From the NCBI RefSeq assembly GCF_009914755.1, contig NC_060933.1: a stretch of 64,000 nucleotides of DNA; one strand, 5' to 3'. Each line of letters opens with the position of its first letter. Position 1 is the stretch's first letter. The notes under the pieces were generated by a model. It had not been told where the DNA came from. It worked only from the letters and a program-made list of their open reading frames with translations, and did no database searches. Made by a program: the position numbers and the translations under genes. Of the stretch, positions 45,254-57,899 are shown piece by piece. Origin of the DNA: the human T2T-CHM13v2.0 reference genome, Homo sapiens.

Positions 45254-45913
45254 TAGTCTGGGCTTTTCTAGGTAACAGTCTGCATAAGAACCAAGTGACT
45301 TCAGGAACACTTTTTACTGTTGATGACAGTTGTGCTTTTTGCTTTCTTCTGGAGAAAAGTTTAGAAATAGTAAGATTCTTTGCAGGTTTTATTGACTTTT
45401 TTCTGCCCTTTGATTTCACATATGGGCATCAATTTGAACTAGATTGCAGAGATTTGGATTCAACTCTGGGCTATTTATTCTTCTGCATAGCTTCTGTACT
45501 AGAACCCTAGCATCAAAGTATGATTTCATGGTGATAGTCTGTTGTTGGATCATATAAATTCCACTGGGATAAAACACAGGCATTTTCTGCCTTTATATCT
45601 TTCAACATTGTACCTAAATTATTTGAAGCTGTTTTGAGTGAGTTGAATATGTAATCTCTCAGTGTAAAGAATGCCAAAAAAAAATCATTGTTGGTGTTAA
45701 GACTGCATAACAAATCACTCCAAATATTAGTGACATTAAAAAATAACCATTTTAGTAAGAAATTGTGCATGTCAGGAATTCAGGGCACTGCGGGGATCGC
45801 TTGCCTCTACTTCGTAATATCTGGGGACTCAACTGGGGGTGATTTAAATGCCTTGGGGACTGCCACAGCTGGGGCTGGAGGATTGGCTTCAAGATGACTT
45901 CTTCAGGCTCTTA

Positions 45914-47233
45914 TTAGGTTGGTGCAAAAGTAATTGTGGTTTTGGACCATGAATTTTAAATCGTAACTAGGCTCAAACACATCTTTATTGGTCAAAATAG
46001 GAACCATTACAATTAACACATTTTTGTCAATGAGAAATAAGTTTGTTTATTCCTGTAACATAAAAATCTGTGCTTCAGGATTTGACATAAGTTTGTTTAT
46101 TCCTGTAGTATAAAAATCTGTGCTTCAGGATTTGACAAACTATTGGAAAGCATTTTCTGCATCCTGCTGGTGGTGGAAGCATTTTCCCTGGACAAAGTTG
46201 TTGAGATACTGGAAGAAGTGGTAGTCAGTTGGTAAGAGGTCACGTGAATATGGCGGATGAGGCAAAACTTCGTAGCCCAATTTGTTCAACTTTTGAAGCT
46301 TTGGTTGTGCAATGTGTGGTCAGGCTTGTCGAGAAGAATTGGGCCCTTTCTATTGACCAATGCCAGCTCCAGGCATTGCAATTTTTGGTGCATCTCATCG
46401 ATTTGCTGATCATACTTCTCAGATGTAATGTTTTCACCGGGATTCAGAAAGCTGTAGTGGATCAGACCAGCAGCAGACCACCCAGCAGTGACCATAACCT
46501 TTTTTGGTGCAAGTTTGATTTTCGGAAGTGCTTTGGAGCTTCCTCTCAGTTCAACCACTGACCTGGTCATCACCGGTTGTCATATAAAATCCACTTTTCA
46601 TTGCACATCACAATCCAATGGAGAAATGGTTCATCGTTGTTGTGTAGAATAAGAGAAGATGACACTTCAAAATGACTATTTTTTTTTAAATTTTTGCTCA
46701 GCTCACGAGGCATCCACTTATCCAAAGTTTTTCATCTTTCCAATTTGCTTCAAATGCCTAATGACCATAGAGTGGTCGACACTGAGATCTTTGGCAACTT
46801 CTCGAGTAGTTGTAAGTAGATTAGCTTCGATGAGTGGTCTCAACTGATTATTATCAACTTCCAATGGCCGGCTGCCGTGCTCCTTATCTTCAAGGCTCTC
46901 ATCTCCTTTGTGAAACTTCTTGAACCGCCACTGTACTGTACGTTCGTTAGCAGTTCCTGGGCCAAATGCATTGTTGATGTTACGAGTTGTCTCTGCCACT
47001 TTATGACCCATTTTGAATTCGAATAAGAAAATCGCTCAAATTTGCTTTTCGTCTCACACTATTTCTATAGTCTAAAATAAATACAAAATTAACAGTAATA
47101 ATTCAGTGTCAAAAAACATAAATGTACATTAACATGATGTATAACATAACCACTTTTGTTTAAGAATGTATTCCAATATCAAATGGCAAATTTCAAAAAT
47201 GCAAAAACCACAATTATGTTTTCACCAACCTAA
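45914..47233 (-). mobile_element. Near-full-length Hsmar1 mariner transposon (inactive)
   Basis: TIR TTAGGTTGGTGCAAAAGTAATTGTGGTTTT from 45914 and its inverted copy ending at 47233; TA flanks at 45912-45913 and 47234-47235; peptides KVAETTRNINNAFGPGTANERTVQW, WSAAGLIHYSFLNPGE, YSRDLLPTDY. Confidence 0.97.
45990..47068 (-). pseudogene. Hsmar1 transposase pseudogene (family donated to SETMAR; this is not SETMAR)
   Basis: Start reads ATA; first catalytic Asp motif reads CNEKW instead of CDEKW; HDNARPH motif broken; frameshifts; 50-bp duplication. Confidence 0.92.
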
Positions 47234-47799
47234 TATTTGACACCTCAGTGGATGTGGCTGCAAGGCTGAGCTCAGCTGGGACTATAGGTCCAAGTGTCTA
47301 TAGGTCCCCTCTCCAACATGGTGGCTCAAGGAACACTTCCCCCATGACAACCAAGTATTCCACTAAAGCAAGGTGGAAGCTGCAAACCAAGTGGCCTTTG
47401 CATAGTGTCACCTTAGAAGTTGCAGTGTCAGTTCCACCATCCTTTATTGGTGGAATTGGTCACAAGTCTACCAGGGAGAAGGAAAGGAAAGATAGACTGC
47501 ACTTTTCAATGGGAGGAAAGTTAAAAGGATTTGCATCTGTTTTAGAAACCACCATACTCATTTAAACTCTGATATAAATTTTTTGGACATTTTATTTTCA
47601 TGCACTAGATTACTATGTGGGAAAAAAATATTGTCTAAACTTTTCTGAAGTAAAACAAGCATTTTTGTAGACATAGGTATTTTGTAGCTAATTATCTTAT
47701 GTAGCTATAATACGTAAGGGAGTAATTTTTAATTAGGTTGTCTCAGATGGCAAACTAGGAAAGTCACATGTGATAAAACTAGACATTTAATAAATAGTT

Positions 47800-48440
47800 T
47801 ATTGAGACTTTTTTAGTGGCCATGATGGATGTTTGGCTATAATTTATTTGACATTTATCCAGAGTATTTTAATGTATTTACACTTTAATATAGCAGTTTC
47901 ATTTCTAGAAGAAAATTAAAAAGTAGTCAAGGAGTTAAATAAAGATTTACTTACAAATATGTTCATCACAGAATTATTTGTATGGTACTGTAAAATTGAA
48001 GGCAATCTAAATATACCACAAAAGACTTTGAAAATTTTATGGTATTTTATTTCATAGAACACTGCAAAAACTCATGCTGTGAAGGATATTTAGTGACAGG
48101 AGAAAATATTCATAGTATGCTTGTTAGTGCTAAAAGGACTAGAAAATGGGTATATGAAATAATATCAATTGTATAAAATATCCAACTATATTGTATATAT
48201 AAAACAAAAATATAAATCCTAAAATTGTCAGAGATGATCTGTTAGGTTTGAAATTTTGCATAAGTTTATTGTTTTTGTTGTGCTTTTTTAACGGTGCTTT
48301 TTAAAACTTTTCTAAAATGATTACATATTAATTTTTTTATATTTATAAAATGAATAAATATTGCATTACTTTGTAAAATATGTAAATTTAAATTTGTAGA
48401 CCTTTTGAATTTTTTACCAAGAGGGTATATTCCCTCTTAA
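47800..48440 (+). mobile_element. L1ME-type 3' remnant
   Basis: tagcagtttcatttctag..atgttcatcacagaattatttgta..caatctaaatatacca. Confidence 0.6.
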
Positions 48441-48658
48441 AAAATAGAAGAGAGAAGAAAAAGAAAGGAAAGGAAAAGTCAAAGAGAAATGGAGCAGCAA
48501 AATATAAATACAAAGAAGGAATTCTTTGCATGATAGAAAAACAGCCTAAACACTGTCTTCAACTAGTTGTCTCACTGAAGTTCTCTTTGAAGGGCCTAGA
48601 AGATCTCATCTCTATCTTTTAAAATCCAGTTTGCTTTAATTTTTTCATTGTGTCTGCT

Positions 48659-49120
48659 TGTTGTGGGTTGAAATGTCTGCCCCTCAAAAAATATATTTTG
48701 AATTCCTAAACCCTCAGTGTCTCAGAATATGACGTTATTTGCAAATAGGGTTTTAACAGAGGTAATCATAGAATTATGTCATTAGGGTGGGCTCTAATTC
48801 AACATGACTGAGGTCTTTATACCAGGAAAATCTGAACAGGGAGATGGAGAGGAAAGATGATGTGAAGAGACACAAAGGAAGGAAGAAGACAGACATCTAC
48901 AAGTCAAGGAACACCTGAAGCTATGAGAGGCAAAGAGAAGAAGAAGACAGAAAGTGAGAGACCTGGAACAGATCCTCCCCAATATATTTAGGGAGCATGG
49001 TTTTACCAACACCTTGATTTTGGACTTCCAGCCTTTAGAACTGGAATACAATCAAGTTCTGTTGTTCTAAGCCATTCGGTTTGTAGTACTTCGTTATAGC
49101 AGCTCTAGGAAACAAACACA
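48659..49120 (+). mobile_element. MLT1 (B/C-like) solo LTR
   Basis: TGTTGTGGGTTGAA..ccaacaccttgattttggacttccagcct..gcagctctaggaaacaaacaCA. Confidence 0.88.
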
Positions 49121-49159
49121 CTAATATATCCTACTCTTTCTATCTTCCCCTGAAAAAGA

Positions 49160-49668
49160 TTTTTTTTAATTGACATTCCTCTATTAAAAGATGAAGAAAA
49201 AAAGAGGAGGAGAAGAAAAAGTACAGTTCATAAAGCTACATAAAACACAACATACTAAAAACAAATAAAAATACGTATAAAGAAAGTTAAAGAGAAATAG
49301 GATAAGCTAGAAAGAGGAAAGATTGGGAAGACTTGGTGAGTTTAGGGCATAAAAAGGCTTGCCAAATTAGGAGAAGCCTCATTGCTTTCCCAACTGAGAC
49401 AAAGGTCTTCCCCATACAAAAGATACGTTAGGATATCATCAACAATGTCCTCATCAGTATTCATTCAGGAACAAATTGATAGATAACTGGGAGTTTCTTT
49501 GTCAATATAGACTTACCACATCTTGCAAAAGCATAACTACCCTGGAGGAATTCAGAGGAGTAAGTAGTATGTGGATATAATACATCTGAGTTGTCACAAA
49601 GGAGGAAGGGGACAAGTAATCAATACATTTAGGCCCCAAACATGGCTCTAATGGTCTAGGGTAATCCA
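49160..49668 (+). repeat. Left arm of diverged ~510-bp inverted duplication
   Basis: Reverse complement aligns collinearly with 51067-51576; perfect blocks of 41, 22 and 16 bp. Confidence 0.95.
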
Positions 49669-49816
49669 GATCCATTTCTTTCCCAGATTCATTTCCTTCT
49701 AAAAAAAATTAAATAAATAAAAATTAAAAAATAAAAAATAAAAGTAGCTCCATGCCCATGAAATGTAAATCTAACCTTTCAAGGCTTCAGGTAATTCCAT
49801 AGTTTTTCTCAATTAG

Positions 49817-50141
<325 letters not shown>

Positions 50142-50474
50142 AGAATACTTCCAACTAATTTTTTTTTGTCCTGATAACACATAGCTAATCATTCTTTTAA
50201 TGGGTAGAGCATTTCACTGTATAGCTGTATCATAATTTATTTAATCATTTGCTGTATTGTTGGGTATCTATGCTGTTTCCCACTTTCCAGTATTGGATAA
50301 ATTCCTTAGAAGTGGACTTTATTACTCAAAAGGCAAACATGCTTTATATTATCTGGTACATATTATCAAATAGCCATCTAGAAAACCTAAACAATTGGGA
50401 ACTTGTTTTTAGTTTAGAAATCAGAAAAAGTATTAACAATATTGTAGTCATGACCTATTGCTTATGGTATAGAA

Positions 50475-50789
50475 CAAGGGTCAGCAAACTCTTTCAGCAA
50501 AGGGCCACATTGTAAATATGTTCAGCTTCGTAGGCGGTACAGTCTCTGCTGCCTCTCTGCCATTGTAGTACAAGAACAGCCATGGACAGCCTGCTGGGTT
50601 CCAATAAAACCTTATTTATGGATCCTGAAATTGAATTTCAAGTAATTGTCACATGTTATAAAATATTATTCTTCTTTTGATTTTTTTTCAGCCATTAAAA
50701 AAAAAAAAGGCCCAGATTATGGTTCAGAGGCCACACAAAAACAGGTGCAGGCTACATTTGACCCACAGGCTGTGGTTTGCCAATTCTTG
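50475..50789. mobile_element. MER58B-like hAT-Charlie MITE
   Basis: Ends CAAGGGTCAGCAAAC ... GTTTGCCAATTCTTG; 8-bp TSD gtatagaa/gtgtagaa. Confidence 0.85.
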
Positions 50790-51066
50790 GTGTAGAATTT
50801 AGTACTTTGATGAACAATTTTGCAGCATACTAAAAAAAATCCCTTCTTGTGGAGAAACTTGAACTTTCCTGCAGGTTCTTCTTGACTCTTTAATATTCAC
50901 ATGATATTAAGACTTCCTTGGACACCACCAACTGTTAGAGCAGTCAGTGGGTAAATTAATGTCCCTGCACATTAATTGCTGTCAATATTGATTCAAATCA
51001 CCGTTGAGCATATTTCCTAAGGATTTAAAGAATATCCATTCCTACGGTTTCTCTTAAAGCTGTCCT

Positions 51067-51576
51067 TGGATTAAGACAGACCATTACAGCCATGTTCAGA
51101 ATCAAACTGTATTGATTACTCCTCCCCTTCCTCCCTCAACCCTCCTCCTTTGTGACAACTCAGACATATACATCCACACACTCCTTACTCCTCCAAATTC
51201 CTCCAGAGTGGTTATAGATATGCAAGATGTAGTAAGCCTATATTGAGGGAGAAAGACACTCTTACTTATCAATTGTTTCCTGAATGAATACTGATGAGGA
51301 CATTGTTGATGATATCCCAGTGTATTCTTTGTATGAGGAAGACCTTTGTCTCTGTTGGGAAAACAGTTAGTTAGGCTTCTCTTAATTTTAGCATCTTTGT
51401 TATGCCCTAAATTCACCAAGTCTCTTTCTTACCTGTTTACTCTATTTTCTCTTTAATTAGCTTTCTTTATACATGTTTTCATCTCTTTGGTTATGCTGTG
51501 TTTTATGTAGTTTTATAAGCTGTATCTTCTCCTTTATCTTCATCATTTAATAGAGGAATTTTAGTTTTTAAAAAAT
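51067..51576 (-). repeat. Right arm of diverged ~510-bp inverted duplication
   Basis: 51277-51317 is the exact reverse complement of 49431-49471; rest aligns with the left arm. Confidence 0.95.
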
Positions 51577-51959
51577 AAGAATGAGGGGGTGACATGCAGG
51601 GATGTGGAAGATCAGGATTTGCCAGGGGGGCCACGGGGTGGGGTGAGGATGGTCCTGATGCCCCACAGTAGTGTTTCAGCGTTCTCATAGGATTTCCTTC
51701 TAGTCTCTTTTCTCAGTGCAATACAGCAGCGCCATTCAAAACAGAGCCCCACATTTATTTAGCGCTTCTGCCTTTTGTCTAATGGCTCCATTTGTGAACC
51801 ACTCTGCCATGGGAGCCCAGACACGGATTCTCCCCAAGGTCTGGAGACTCTCAGGCTGGAAGTTCTCTGTGCCCAAGATCAGAGCCCAGAAAGGAGCTCA
51901 GGCCAAAGAGTTTGCCCTGGGGGGTTATCTGTAAGGTTGTCGGGAATGACAGCAAAGAG

Positions 51960-52330
51960 CCAGGCTGCTTGATGAATCCAACGAACAGAAAAATCTGTCA
52001 AAACACGCAGAACGTTCATTGCAGGGATCGTGGAAACATTGCCTATTTGTTTGGAGCGCGTTTAATTATTTTTAAACATATGCAGTCTGTAGTTCAGTGA
52101 ACATGTCAGTAATAATAGAGGAAGAAAAGCAAACGAGGGGAGGGCGGCGCTGTTCCCAGAGCGACTCCTCTTCGCAGCTGGCTGATGGGGAGAAGCAGTA
52201 GATGCCCTCCGAAGTGTGGCTCCCTGTCTGTCACCTAATGAAAAGCAGTAGGGGGATTAATGTCATTAGCTCCAGCCCAGCATGCTGTGTAGTAAACAGA
52301 TATACATCCTGGCTCATTTGGGGGAGTATT
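51960..52330. promoter_or_regulatory. Candidate enhancer / CpG-retaining element
   Basis: 12 CpG counted in 51961-52220; TAATTA, GGATTA and TGTCA motifs; no recognisable repeat. Confidence 0.4.
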
Positions 52331-54899
52331 TCTCAGCTCCTGCCCACTGGCCTGCAAAGGTCACTCCCCAGCCTTCTATTAGTTAAATGGGGAAAAAAAT
52401 GGGTTGGTTGAGAGAATCTTGTGGTCCGTTCCAGTGAAAGCAGTCGCTGGGGATTCTGGTACCTAATTCTGCCCCTCCCTCCCCTCACTCACCCTAATTG
52501 GGCTTAGATTTCTTCTTTGGGAAAAATCTGAGGTAACCGGAGAAGATAAAAGCTCTACAAGTAAATGCTTTGCAGAAGAAAAAATATATATTTTATTTTG
52601 ATAACTAAATTGACTAAGGAGTGTGGAAAAAAATGGGGGTTTGCTGTTTGGATATCATGACCATCTCTCTTCACTCTTGAACCAAGAGCTTTTTCCACAT
52701 ATTAGCACACGCAAAGCTGAAGACTGAGCCATGCGTGTGTTCACTTTTCCCTAATCCACAAAAATGTGAACAGCAAACAGCCACAAGTGAATAAAACTTA
52801 AATATTTTATATTCTTAGAAAACACAGAAATTCTGACTTTAGAGTGGAAACTATTTAGGGAATGGGAAATAAAAACATAAGAATGTCAAGAGGAAGAACA
52901 AATACTTCCTGAAGATGGCGATGACCAACCTGTAGCCACAACAGGAACTTTTAAAAGGAGGAATACCCAGAATCCTTCAGAGAGAACCAGGGAGAGTCCG
53001 GGAAGCCATTTTGATAAAATTAAGAAATAGTAACTAAGGAAAAGAAAAAAGCATGTTTGAGGGAAATGTGGCAAGGAAAATTTAGAGTTAACGCAACGTT
53101 CTACAAATAGTAGATGAAGACAAAAATAAACGCTGCCTTGTAAGAATTTGCCGTCTTTTCTTATCAAAGCAGAACACTCTATTTTATACTAAAAGCTTTG
53201 AACTGTGCCCTGATGTTTATGGGCTGTTTAGTATTTTATAGCAATAGATGTTACTATCAAAGAAACAATGCAAATGAAAAAGAAAAAGAAAATTCAGAAT
53301 CATTTGTGTTTGTTGTGTCACAAACTCAATTCTGAGCTCCCCCTCCTCACCCTTATGGCTTTCTGAGAGTCACTGGAAGTCATATTTCTTGAAAAGCACC
53401 ATGGCAGAGTTAATTTTCTCTTCCAATAGTAGCAGGCCAGCAAGGGAGAAAAGGAGATAAGGAGAGGAGGAGCACACCATAAAAAAACCAAAGCAGAACA
53501 AAACCACAACAACGGGCAAATTTAAATAGTTTCAGCTTTTAGAGATGAACCTAAATTTTTAGGCCTAACCAGCCTCTGGTTAGAAACAGGATCTGAGAGC
53601 TTGATACTAGGGATCAGATTGTCCTCACTGGTCAGCTGTTGACACAAACCTTCAGACCCTTTTCCTAGGTCCTAGTTCACAAATACTCAAGGAGTAGGAG
53701 GCCCCCCTGATGCCTCTGGCTTCTTTAGAGACCCACGCACCTGGGAATAATTCGCTACCGCACTGCAGGTCCCACCAAGTCCCAAGGAAAATGGGGACTT
53801 CACCGCAGAAAGATTGCTACCTTGCCCAATCAGCTGCTTCCTGATCTTTCCTGATCCCCCATGTTCTTCACCAGGCCAGAGTCAATTCTCTCCTGCATAC
53901 AGAGAGAGGATCATATGGTTCTTGATGGTTAGATTTAGGCCCCAGGGCCAGCCTAGGGGAGGCCTATCCTGGCTGATCTCTCTTTGACTTGTCTCTTCTG
54001 AGTCCAGTCTTCAGTGCAGGATACTCCTCACTCCTGGGTTCCTTTCTCCTTTCTCAAAGCACTCATGCCATGGATGCTCAGAGTGGAGGTGGGTTACAGG
54101 TGGGGTAGAGGAAGACAAGGTCAGTTTCCGCTGTCTGAGGATGAACTAGGATCTACCTCTCAGAAGTATGATTACCAAAACTTATAAGAAAATGTTTACA
54201 TCTTACATGACTTAATATGTTAAAGTAAAAGTTGTCCTTATGAACAAAAGGGGAGACTAATGAAACTAGGTATTATCCAAGCTTTTTCAGAAGGACAATT
54301 GTATCAGATAGACAAAGAATATGCTCTGTGTGTAATTATAAGAAAAGTGTGGACTCCCTGCTTCATTTTAACTGATAGACTACTATTGACTACTGAGGTG
54401 TTTTTTGTTTTTTGTTTTGGTAAAAATAAAAATCCTAAGAGATTCCCTCTTGCTTAGCCAAATCTAGCAGTTTTCTTGTATGACAAAATAAACTCTTCCA
54501 GCTGCAGAAAGCTGGGGCTATATTTTTATCTCTGGGGTCTGGTGACTACATAAACTATAAGAACAAAGCTAGAGTGATTTATTTACTAGGTGTCGTTAGA
54601 AACTTAAGATTTTTTAAGGGTTTGTAAACATGTACAGTATGGGACATATTATATATACTGTTTGGCTAACACAAAACACTCACAGCAACCTTGCACATTA
54701 CAAATTTGATCCAGAAAGCCAGTGGGGGTATTTTTTGTCCCCTTTCTTGTCCAACCAGTGTCACTGTCTTGCCTGACCTCAGTGTCACAGGGCCTTCTGG
54801 ATGAGGAAAGAGGAGCATAGTGGTCTGAGGGCCCTGGCTTTGCTGGCTGAAGGAATCAAGGGCAATGGGATCCTGTGTTCTTTTCCTTGGACTTTAAAA

Positions 54900-55181
54900 T
54901 TTTTTTTCTTTTTTTAAGACAGACAGGGTCTCACTCTTTTGCCCAGGCTTGAGTGCAGTGGCACAATCACGACTCACAGCAGCCTCTACCTCCCGCCTTA
55001 GCCCCCCGGAGAGTTGGGACCGCAGGCACACACCACCATGCCCAGCTAATTTTTGTATGTTTTGTAGAGACAGGGTTTCACCATGTTGCCTAGGCTAATC
55101 TTGAACTCTTGAGCTCAAGCCATCTGCTGACCTTGGCCTCTCAAAATGCTGGGATTACAGGTGTAAGCCACTGTACTGGCC
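54900..55181 (-). mobile_element. AluJ with a small right-arm deletion
   Basis: Diverged dimer; GAGCTCAAGCCATC. Confidence 0.9.
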
Positions 55182-55199
55182 AACTTGAAAACCTAATGT

Positions 55200-57125
55200 G
55201 CACCAGAAGCATCTGGAAAATTTGTTAACAAAAATATAATTGCACAGATTCCACCTCTGGATACTCTGATTCAGTAGTATGTGTTGAGGTCTAAGAATCT
55301 GCATTTTTTTAATATATTTTTTATTTTTTTAAATTATACTTTAAGTTCTAGGGTACATGTGCACAATGTGCAGGTTTGTTACATAGGTATACATGTGCCA
55401 TGTTGGTTTGCTGCACCCTTCAACTCGTCATTTACATTAGGTATTTCTCCTAACCCTATCCCTCCCCAAACCCCAACAGGCCCCAGTGTATGATGTTCCC
55501 CTCCCTGTGCCCATGTGTTTTCATTGTTCAACTCCCACTTATGAGTGAGAATATGCAGTGTTTGGTTTTCTGTCCTTGTGATATTTTGCTGAGAATGATG
55601 GTTTCCAACTTCATCCATGGCCCTGCAAAGGACATGAACTCGTCCTTTTTTATGGCTGCATAGTATTCCATGCTGTATATGTGCCACATTTTCTTTATCC
55701 AGTCTATTATTGATGGACATCTGGGTTGGTTCCATGTCTTTGCTATTATGAATAGTGCCGCAATAAACGTATGTGTGCATGTGTCTTTATAGTTACATGA
55801 TTTAGAGACCTTTGGGTATATACCCAGTAATGGGATTGCTGGGTCAAATGGTATTTCTAATTCTAGATCCTTGAGGAATCACCACGCTGTCTTCCACAAT
55901 GGTTGAACTAATTTACTCTCCCACCAACAGTGTAAAAGCATTCCTATTTCTCCAGTATCTATTGTTTCCTGACTTTTTAATGATCACCATTCTAACTGCT
56001 ATGAGATGGTATCTCACTGTGGTTTTGATTTGCATTTCTTTGATGACCAGTGATGATAAGCATTTTTCATAAGTTTGTTGGCTGCATAAATGTCCTCTTT
56101 TGAGAAGTGTCTGTTCCTATCCTTTGCCCACTTTTTGATGTTTTTTTTTTCTTGTAAATTTGTTTAAGTTTTTTGAAGATTCTGGCTATTAGCCCTTTGT
56201 CAGATGGATAGATTGCAAAAATTTTCTCCCGTTCTGTAGGTTGCCTGTTCACTCTGATGATAGTTTCTTTTCCCGTGCAGAAGCTCTTTAGTTTAATTAG
56301 ATGCCATTTGTCAATTTTGGCTTTTGTTGCCATTGCTTTTGGTGTTTTAGTTATTAAGTCTTTGCCCATGCCTATGTCCTGAATGGTATTGCCTAGGTTT
56401 TATTCTAGGGCTTTTGTGGTTTTAGGTCTTACATTTAAGTCTTTACTCCATCTTGAATTAATTTTTGTATAAGGTGTAAGGAAGGGATCCAGTTTCAGCT
56501 TTCTACCTATGGCTAGCCAGTTTTCCCAGCACCATTTCTTAAATAGGGAATCCTTTTCCCATTGCTTGTTTTTGTCAGGTTTGTCAAAAATCAAATGGTT
56601 GTAGATGTGTGGGGTTATTTCTGAGGCCTCTGATCTGTTCCATTGGTCTATATCTCTGTTTTGGTAGCAGTAACATACTATTTTGGTTACTGTAGCCTTG
56701 TAGTATAGTTTGAAGTCAGGTAGCATGATGCCTCCAGCTTTGTTCTTTTGGCTTAGGATTGTCTTGGCTATGAGGGCTCTTTTTTGGTTCCATATAAACT
56801 TTAAAGTAGTTTTTTCCAATTCTGTGAAGAAAGTCATTGGTAGCTTGATGGGGATGGCATTGAATCTATAAATTACATTGAGCAGTATGGCCATTTTCAC
56901 GATGTTGATTCTTCTATCCATGATCATGGAATGTTCTTCCATTTGTTTGTGTCCTCTTTTATTTCCTTGAGCAGTGGTTTGTAGCTCTGCTTGAAGAGGT
57001 CCCTTCACATACCTTGTAAGTTGGATTCCTAGGTATTTTATTCTCTTAGAATCTGCATTTTAATAAGCACCTTCCCTCAATCTAGTCGTTATGCAATATT
57101 AGGATCACATGTTTGAAACATTGAT
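55200..57125. mobile_element. MER5A-like MITE split by L1PA
   Basis: ..ctctgattcagtag..agaatctgcatttt | aataagcacc.. Confidence 0.65.
55308..57047 (-). mobile_element. 5'-truncated L1PA (about PA5-7), ~1.74 kb
   Basis: ORF2 fragments at 56400-57008 and 56067-56369; 3'UTR and poly-T; 14-bp TSD agaatctgcatttt at 55294-55307 and 57048-57061. Confidence 0.95.
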
Positions 57126-57899
57126 TAGATCTTTCAATTACAGTAATGCTTTAAATAGCATGGCATTTGGGGGAGCACTTTTTAGGAAGGTGTGAAGCAC
57201 AGCATTTGGTATGCACTGGGGGCCTGGCCTCATTTGCTTAATGCATGGTATGACTTTAGGACGACTCTTGTCATCTTGATGACATTGTTTAGTGTACATT
57301 GCAGATGGAATATTTTCTCTATTCCCTCCAGCAGTCTGTTTAGGGCTGGAACCAAGTGATCATAAAATATTGCAGGGAATTTGAAAGTTATTCCATTTAA
57401 CTCCTCATATTGGAGATCACGGATAGAGCAAAATGTGTGGGGCTCATATCACCTGTATGTATGATTATGTGCGCAACTCAGAAATATGGGGCCTTGAGCA
57501 AGAAAGTGCATTGTGGGTGGTGCTTTGTAAGTAGCATAACACAAAACACATAAGAAAACTATATATGTGTATGTGCACGCGTGTATGTGGTGAGTTAAGC
57601 TGTTTGGCACTTAATGGTTTGGACCTATACCAAAGGCAAACCACTGGAGAAAATACTTGCCATTTCAAGGACTGCATAAGGTGATGGAATTTCCTCTATG
57701 AGGCATAAATTTCACTCTTGCTGCCCAGCTGGCTGATTGTTCAAATTCAGATTCAACGAACACATATTTAGAGAAGGAGGGAAGAGGAGGAGATGAGTAA
57801 TATCAAGCTGTGCAGATAAGAAGGCCAGGGCTAAGTCTTTGAATTTGTGCACAATAGAATGAATACCTTTTATCCATTCGCCCCACTGAACACCACCAC

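Larger units (their letters stand above)
45690..47550 (-). mobile_element. MLT1 (F/G/H-like) LTR split by Hsmar1
   Basis: ctgcataacaaatcactccaaa..gctggggctggaggatt..ttcaagatg | gctcagctgggact..ctctccaacatggtggctc..ttattggtggaattggtcacaag. Confidence 0.75.

Noticed and set aside
46229-47011. SETMAR gene or an active transposase
   Set aside because: No SET-domain exons, both TIRs present, start codon and catalytic motifs mutated, frameshifts
52195-52258. CTCF-like GCAGTAGATGCCCT and GCAGTAGGGGGATT
   Set aside because: Both mismatch the GGC core; not supportable without ChIP data
52881-53030. Protein-looking frame ECQEEEQILPEDGDDQPVATTGTFKRR..
   Set aside because: About 50 codons, no convincing splice acceptor, no homologue that I recognise
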